A stretch of 63,384 bases of DNA, the filler included, from Asterionella formosa (taxonomy: Eukaryota): assembly GCA_002256025.1 (NCBI GenBank). It is 17 parts of 17 records of this genome, joined end to end, with 100 filler letters (N's around TTAATTAATTAA, not from the genome) between each part and the next. Parts side by side here need not be neighbours in the genome. Positions count along the whole stretch, not along the records: positions 57,864 to 59,168 come from NKIB01003120.1; positions 59,269 to 60,576 come from NKIB01003121.1; positions 60,677 to 61,980 come from NKIB01003122.1; positions 62,081 to 63,384 come from NKIB01003123.1; 13 more parts are not named here. One strand, given 5' to 3'. Shown here piece after piece: positions 58,241-63,384 of the stretch. The notes under the pieces were generated by a model, which was given only the letters and a program-made list of their open reading frames with translations, did no database searches and was not told the DNA's origin. Position 1 is the stretch's first letter; every line of letters starts with the position of its first letter. The translations under genes and the position numbers were made by a program.

Positions 58241-58858
58241 ATGAGCTTCTCAATCATTCACTTCTTACTCCTTTCCGTCCTTTTCCTTGCCAGCTCGTCC
58301 TTCGCCGCGAAGAATGAACAAAACAAGACCCGTGTCAACGCGAATCTCATGTACACCCTGGAAGGAGCCACCTTGGAATTGTGCTCTCACAAAACCACGG
58401 AAGCTATCAACAGTTTGGTCCTCAAATCACTCAATTTCCTCTTGCTTGAACGCGAAGCAGATACTGGTGATGGTGCCCTGTTTGAGTTTGATGCCGCCAG
58501 AATTATTTCCGAGTCTATGAAGATTGTTCCACTTGTTGCCGCCAATGAAGGCGCAGATCGCGGACTCTCAAACCAGCCAATCACAATGTACTCAGATTCT
58601 AGATTCTGGAGAGTGAGAGTCGCGCTTAGTGGTCAATGTATGTCATGCCCTAGAAACAACAAGCTCACTGATGACGCCGTTCGTCGGAGTCTTCGTGGTT
58701 CTGCCTTGAATGTCAGCACTATCGACACCACAGATACCGATAACATTTCGCGCTTGGAGCAGGAGCTAGCTGAAGTCTTTGGGGCCCTTCTAGTTTCCAA
58801 AACAAAGAAGTTTTCTTGTCTTGCAGGTTTTACTGATGTCGCAATCTCCTTCGACTAG
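58241..58858 (+). CDS. Secreted protein of unknown function
   Basis: Complete 205-aa ORF; signal peptide MSFSIIHFLLLSVLFLASSSFA; GQCMSCP motif; RRSL dibasic site. Confidence 0.8.
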   Translation: MSFSIIHFLLLSVLFLASSSFAAKNEQNKTRVNANLMYTLEGATLELCSHKTTEAINSLVLKSLNFLLLEREADTGDGALFEFDAARIISESMKIVPLVAANEGADRGLSNQPITMYSDSRFWRVRVALSGQCMSCPRNNKLTDDAVRRSLRGSALNVSTIDTTDTDNISRLEQELAEVFGALLVSKTKKFSCLAGFTDVAISFD

Positions 58859-59268
58859 ACCTCTACAGAATGTGATCGGATTCATGGCTTGTTTTCCAGG
58901 GTCACGATCAAAATCTATCATCAGAGGTCCCAATCAACTAAGCTATACTATCTGCTGCTTGGTGTCAGAATGGATCTCCCTATCACACAATTGCATTCAT
59001 GCCTAGCGATCACTGTCATTCACAGATCAGATTTATTCATCCATGCCAACAGCGTCAGATTATAGAAGCATGTAATTTACAAGTAGAAGACAATGTTGTT
59101 TCGCGAATTTTATGTTGTTTCTTTGCCCTTAAAATGAGACTCTGGAATTTATTACTAGACTATTAACANNNNNNNNNNNNNNNNNNNNNNNNNNNNNNNN
59201 NNNNNNNNNNNNTTAATTAATTAANNNNNNNNNNNNNNNNNNNNNNNNNNNNNNNNNNNNNNNNNNNN

Positions 59269-59845
59269 GAAGCTGTAGGTCTGTGGCAGCGGACAGAAAG
59301 TTTAACTGCACCTGACAAACAGGACACAGTGCAGGTTCAAACAACTGTTGTGTTGGTCCAACTGTGGCTTTCGATTCATGAGATAATACCGCTTCTGTTA
59401 ATGTTTGAAGTTCATCCTGACACTGAGGCTGAAAGTTAGACATAGCACCCATAAACACAGCCATCATCTGCGCCATATCAGATCGTATTGCTTTCAACTC
59501 TTCCCGCAGCACTGGAATACCCTCCTCCTCCTCCTCCTTCGATGGCGCAACTTTCATTGATCCAGAGTCTGCCTCAGCCTGATCAGGTCGAAATTTCCTT
59601 TTCTCTCCTGGTATTTTTTTTAGCGACTCCGGTGTTTGGACCGGCCCATCACTCCTGAGGGCGCGTTGTATACGCGGCGTTTTAGTTATGAATGCACGCT
59701 TTTGAGGAATGGGATTGAATCGCCTTGCCAATAAGGCTGTCAAGGTAGTGGCCGCGTCAATGGCTGGTTTGGTAGTCATGTCAATTTGCGGTTTCTCATA
59801 ACAATCCTCCTTATCCAGATGCTTACCTTTTGTCTTTCGATTCAT
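59269..59845 (-). CDS. Hypothetical protein, N-terminal part (coiled coil, CPVC)
   Basis: Open from ATG 59845 to the contig edge; no family recognised. Confidence 0.4.
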
Positions 59846-60304
59846 TATGATGGGAGCTCGACAATGGATGTAACAAATTCACTAAAATGCGTACCACTGT
59901 TGGAACTTATTGCACCTGGCTGATGTGACCTTTTGAAAATATTTGGAGGTTGTGTTTGGGTTTATCATAACCAAATTCGAATAGTGTTGCCACAGGCAAA
60001 CGACCATTTCTTGCCCTTAAATAAACAATACAAGAAAGGATAAGGATACCTCCTATGTAAGGGTTTAGTAACAGGACGTAACTACATTACAATAGCACGC
60101 CATATGAGCAACAGATAACAGTATGATGGGAGAGGAATTGCACATCGAATGTATTGGAGTAATATACATGTACATAAAACCGCTTGCCATATATACAGAT
60201 CCAAACCAGATATATATAGACTCATAAAAAGCCAACACTTTTCGACTAAAGCAATATACCCACGCTGTAACCGCGAGCCATAAATATATTGATACCATTT
60301 ATAG

Positions 60305-60534
60305 TTAAAAAATCTCTGTGGGAAGTGTGCCATTGAAAGTATTGACAGACAAAACTAGATTATTGAGACTTTTCAATAGTCCAATCTCTGTGGGAAGTGT
60401 GCCATTGAAAGTATTGAAAGACAAAACTAGATAATTGAGACTTGTCAATAGTCCAATCTCTGTGGGAAGTGTGCCAGTGAAAGTATTGTAAGACAAAACT
60501 AGATCAGTAAAATTTGTCAAGAGTCCAATCTTGC
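60305..60534 (-). pseudogene. Leucine-rich-repeat exon fragment (three 24-aa plant-type LRRs)
   Basis: LxxLVLSxNTFxGTLPTEIGLL x3 (72-bp repeat) after a TGTAG acceptor; ends abruptly. Confidence 0.8.
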
Positions 60535-60676
60535 CTACATATTTTATTTAACCCTAGCACTTTTCAGTGCATAACANNNNNNNNNNNNNNNNNNNNNNNN
60601 NNNNNNNNNNNNNNNNNNNNTTAATTAATTAANNNNNNNNNNNNNNNNNNNNNNNNNNNNNNNNNNNNNNNNNNNN

Positions 60677-60906
60677 ACGGCGATTCTGTTCTATCTGACA
60701 ATCATTTCGGGTTTACAGACATCCCCTGATGATTGCTGGAGCCGAAGCTACCAGAAGTGGCACTTGGCTGCTTACGCAGCTAGTTGCGCACCGTAATTGT
60801 CGTCATTGGCAATTATGGATTTTTGCAACAGTGGATTTACGAGTCCTGTTACCTACTCGGCATGCCCCTAAAGTTTCGCGACCGGCGTCGAATCCTAATC
60901 GGCCCC
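60677..60906 (-). ncRNA. ssrA: Bacterial tmRNA, 5' 230 nt (3' part cut by spacer); tag peptide ANDDNYGAQLAA
   Basis: Minus strand begins GGGGCCGATTAGGATTCGACGCCGG; tag frame 60810-60772 reads GCC AAT GAC GAC AAT TAC GGT GCG CAA CTA GCT GCG TAA. Confidence 0.97.
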
Positions 60907-60981
60907 AAAGCTGTAGTTACACAGCTCTGACCGGCAGTTTACGGGAAAGGTTCCCTAGCGTCGACAGCCACGGCGTTTTGG

Positions 60982-61227
60982 CTAGTTGCTGGCGTCGAGC
61001 AGTTGCAGCGCTTCGTTGAGTACCTTGACCGATTCGTCGTGCTTGCCGGCCTTATGCAGGCCTTCACCTTCGGCGCGCAGCTTGCGGACTTCAGCCAGTA
61101 CGGTCTGGTCTCTGGGTGGGTCGTTTTTGAGGATTTCGTCGATCTTGGCCATGTCTGCTGGGCAGTGCATGGCCCAGAGTGCGGTGCTGAACAGGAGGCT
61201 GCAGATAAACAGGCTGAGGCGGCGCAT
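60982..61227 (-). CDS. Small bacterial exported protein
   Basis: GGAGA ribosome-binding site before ATG 61227; signal peptide ending ALWA; mature MHCPADMAKID...HKAGKHDES. Confidence 0.85.
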   Translation of the reverse strand: MRRLSLFICSLLFSTALWAMHCPADMAKIDEILKNDPPRDQTVLAEVRKLRAEGEGLHKAGKHDESVKVLNEALQLLDASN

Positions 61228-61292
61228 CGGTATTCTCCACGGGCGGGCTTTCAAGATAGGAAGCCCGTCGTGGTGATTGGTTCCCCTGCTGT

Positions 61293-61980
61293 TTAGATCG
61301 CAGGCCTGGCGGTGGTGACGCGATCGACCAGATAGACCAAGCCGTGATAGTCGATGCCGGCATGATGGGACAGGCCGATCTCACAGGTGCGGCTGGTGGA
61401 GACGCCTTCCTCGCAGATTTGCACCGCGTCCTTCAGGCTGCGCAACGCGTGGGCATTCAGCTCGGGAGTGGTGAAGCCTTTGTCGCCGGCAAAGCCACAG
61501 CAGTGGATGCCTTCCGGCACAACCAGTTGCTGCGTGCAGCGACTGACGATGTCGAGCAGGCCCTGGGCTTCGCCCAAGTGTTGGGTGCTGCAGGTGACGT
61601 GCACGGCCACGGGGGCTTGCTGCGGGGTGAATGTGAGGCGCTCAAGCAAATGCTCGCGAATGAATTTCACCGGGTCGTGCAGTTTCAGTCGCGGGTCTAG
61701 GTCGTCTTGCAGCAGACGCAGGGTGCAGGGACTGGTGTCGCAGTAGATCGGATCGAGGCCGCCACGACTGGCTTTGAGCAGGGCGTTGATCAGCTCCTGG
61801 CGCTTGCTGTCAGCTTGTTCGGCGTAGCCTTTGGAGGCGAATGGTTGGCCGCAGCAGAGGTTGTCTAGGTCGTCCGGGAATACCACCTGGAAGCCGCCTT
61901 TTTCCAGCAGGCCACGCGTCTTGTCGAGCAGCGAAACTTGCTCGGTGTCGCCGAATGACGGACCCATGGCGCGCGAAACA
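61293..61980 (-). CDS. lldE: C-terminus of bacterial FAD/Fe-S NAD-independent D-lactate dehydrogenase (partial)
   Basis: Two CCG domains (LCCGQPFASKG...DTSPC; HVTCS...HCCGFAGDKG...SRTCEIG); high-GC bacterial codon usage. Confidence 0.88.
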
Positions 61981-62080
61981 NNNNNNNNNNNNNNNNNNNN
62001 NNNNNNNNNNNNNNNNNNNNNNNNTTAATTAATTAANNNNNNNNNNNNNNNNNNNNNNNNNNNNNNNNNNNNNNNNNNNN

Positions 62081-63100
62081 AACATGAAGTGGAAGGCATC
62101 CTTTGTTGATTTTTTCCTTTTAGTGTTCTTGGCCATTTAAATGCAGGCTGTTGAGTTAATAATTCCATATAGGACCACATTTGATTCAGCTCGAATCGTA
62201 GAATCATCATCAAAGATGATTGTAGAGTAGGTAGCATTGTATTTTGTAATGGGATCAACCATCATTTCCACACCCGCATCTGGTTCCATTGCCTTGGAAC
62301 TTCCAGTTGCGTGATTCTTGGAAAAAACATGATGCTTGTTTGGTTTCATGTAGCAGATAGCTCTGTTGCACACATAACAGACCTTTCATTTTCCTTGATA
62401 GTCTAGTACTATCTTTGTCATGTAGCCACCAATACAGAATGCATGTCCACTTATGGAGTTGTACTTATTACTACTGGATTGCTGCTGCCAGCCCATATTG
62501 TAACTATAGGTGAGTTGCGGCATATTGAGTACTGACAAGCGTTCTGTACCAGATAGAGTGTTCCACCACTGGAAATCTTGTCCTTTTTCAGCCCAATTGC
62601 TTCATTCATGCACATTAGTGTTTGAAATATTTCTTCCCAACAAGCCTCTTCCATAGCAAGAGCTGCGGTTGCCACCTCCGCCACCAACCACATCTTCTAC
62701 AGCATTGAAATTAGCTACCTTGCGTGGACCAAAATCAACCTGCAAGAGGTAAGTTCATTGCAGAACAACCAGGTCCTATTCCAGCTTTGTGACAACCAAG
62801 AATAAATTGCAAAGTGTTTTGCTTCTGTCTTCTTCAACGATATCTCACCATGGTTGTCAACATTGTTGTTGCTTCTTGCAGATTCAACTTTAGCAACCTG
62901 TTTCTGGCAGCCCAAACATGTAATTTTGATTGTGCTTGCCAAGCCATAGGTTTCTGCTGACACAACAATCAATGGTTTCTTTGCTGCGCTTACTAAGCAG
63001 GACTGTTCCAAGAAGGATTCATATTTCTTTTCCATGGTAATGTGGTAGGCATTGTTGCTATGACGGTTAGTTACATAGTCACAAATAGTTTGTTTACTGC
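62081..63100 (-). mobile_element. Decayed Mutator-like transposase
   Basis: Broken frames: GLASTIKITC..C, GWQ...YNS.SGHAF, KNHATGSSKAME..G, IIFDDDSTI. Confidence 0.8.
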
Positions 63101-63384
63101 TTCTTCGACAAATGTATTAACACAACTTTTTCAAACACGCATTTTCCTTTAGCAATGTTGACAAATAAAGGATAATTGATGAGTTTTTCCTGCTCTGTTG
63201 AAAAGCTGGTTGAATGGCAGATGTGATAGATGTTATTGTTGTGGGAAGAGGTTCTTTGATTGTATGACACCACCAATTCTGATTTTTGTCAATGATAAAT
63301 AAAATTCCAATGTCCCTGACCACTAGCTCACTCTATATAATTTATAGGTATTCTTGTGATTGCAGAAATCACACCAGTTTTCAG

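Noticed and set aside
60305..61980. LRR fragment beside bacterial genes as a horizontal-transfer junction
   Set aside because: They are separated by an artificial spacer.

Overview
This window is not one locus. It is 17 contigs joined by artificial 100-bp spacers (44 N + TTAATTAATTAA + 44 N): two contigs of about 21 kb, then 15 of about 1.3 kb. Adjacency across spacers means nothing. Most sequence looks like diatom nuclear DNA (ASAF/AFAP plastid-targeting motifs, CoDi-like Copia elements, diatom-type LINE/Gypsy debris). Contig 1 (1-21105) is mostly decayed transposons around one intact STAND-ATPase/TPR gene, plus a 1.2-kb element with perfect 25-bp TIRs. Contig 2 (21206-42306) is gene-dense: a plastid membrane protein, EngB, SRP72, an intron-containing membrane J-protein, PIG-T, tRNA-Asn, a plastid DHH/EF-hand/CBS protein, a PPR protein and a mucin-like fragment. 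The small contigs hold gene fragments, transposase relics, two near-identical Copia 3' ends, a long-TIR MITE and one Pseudomonas-like bacterial contig (D-lactate dehydrogenase, small periplasmic protein, tmRNA). Best leads: a densely base-paired ~750-nt tract with a pseudoknot behind a non-LTR retrotransposon stop codon; the plastid DHH phosphoesterase with EF-hands and CBS domains; and a highly over-represented intergenic palindrome TACCGGTA/TACCWGGTA. All calls are from motif reading by eye; no database searches or folding were run.
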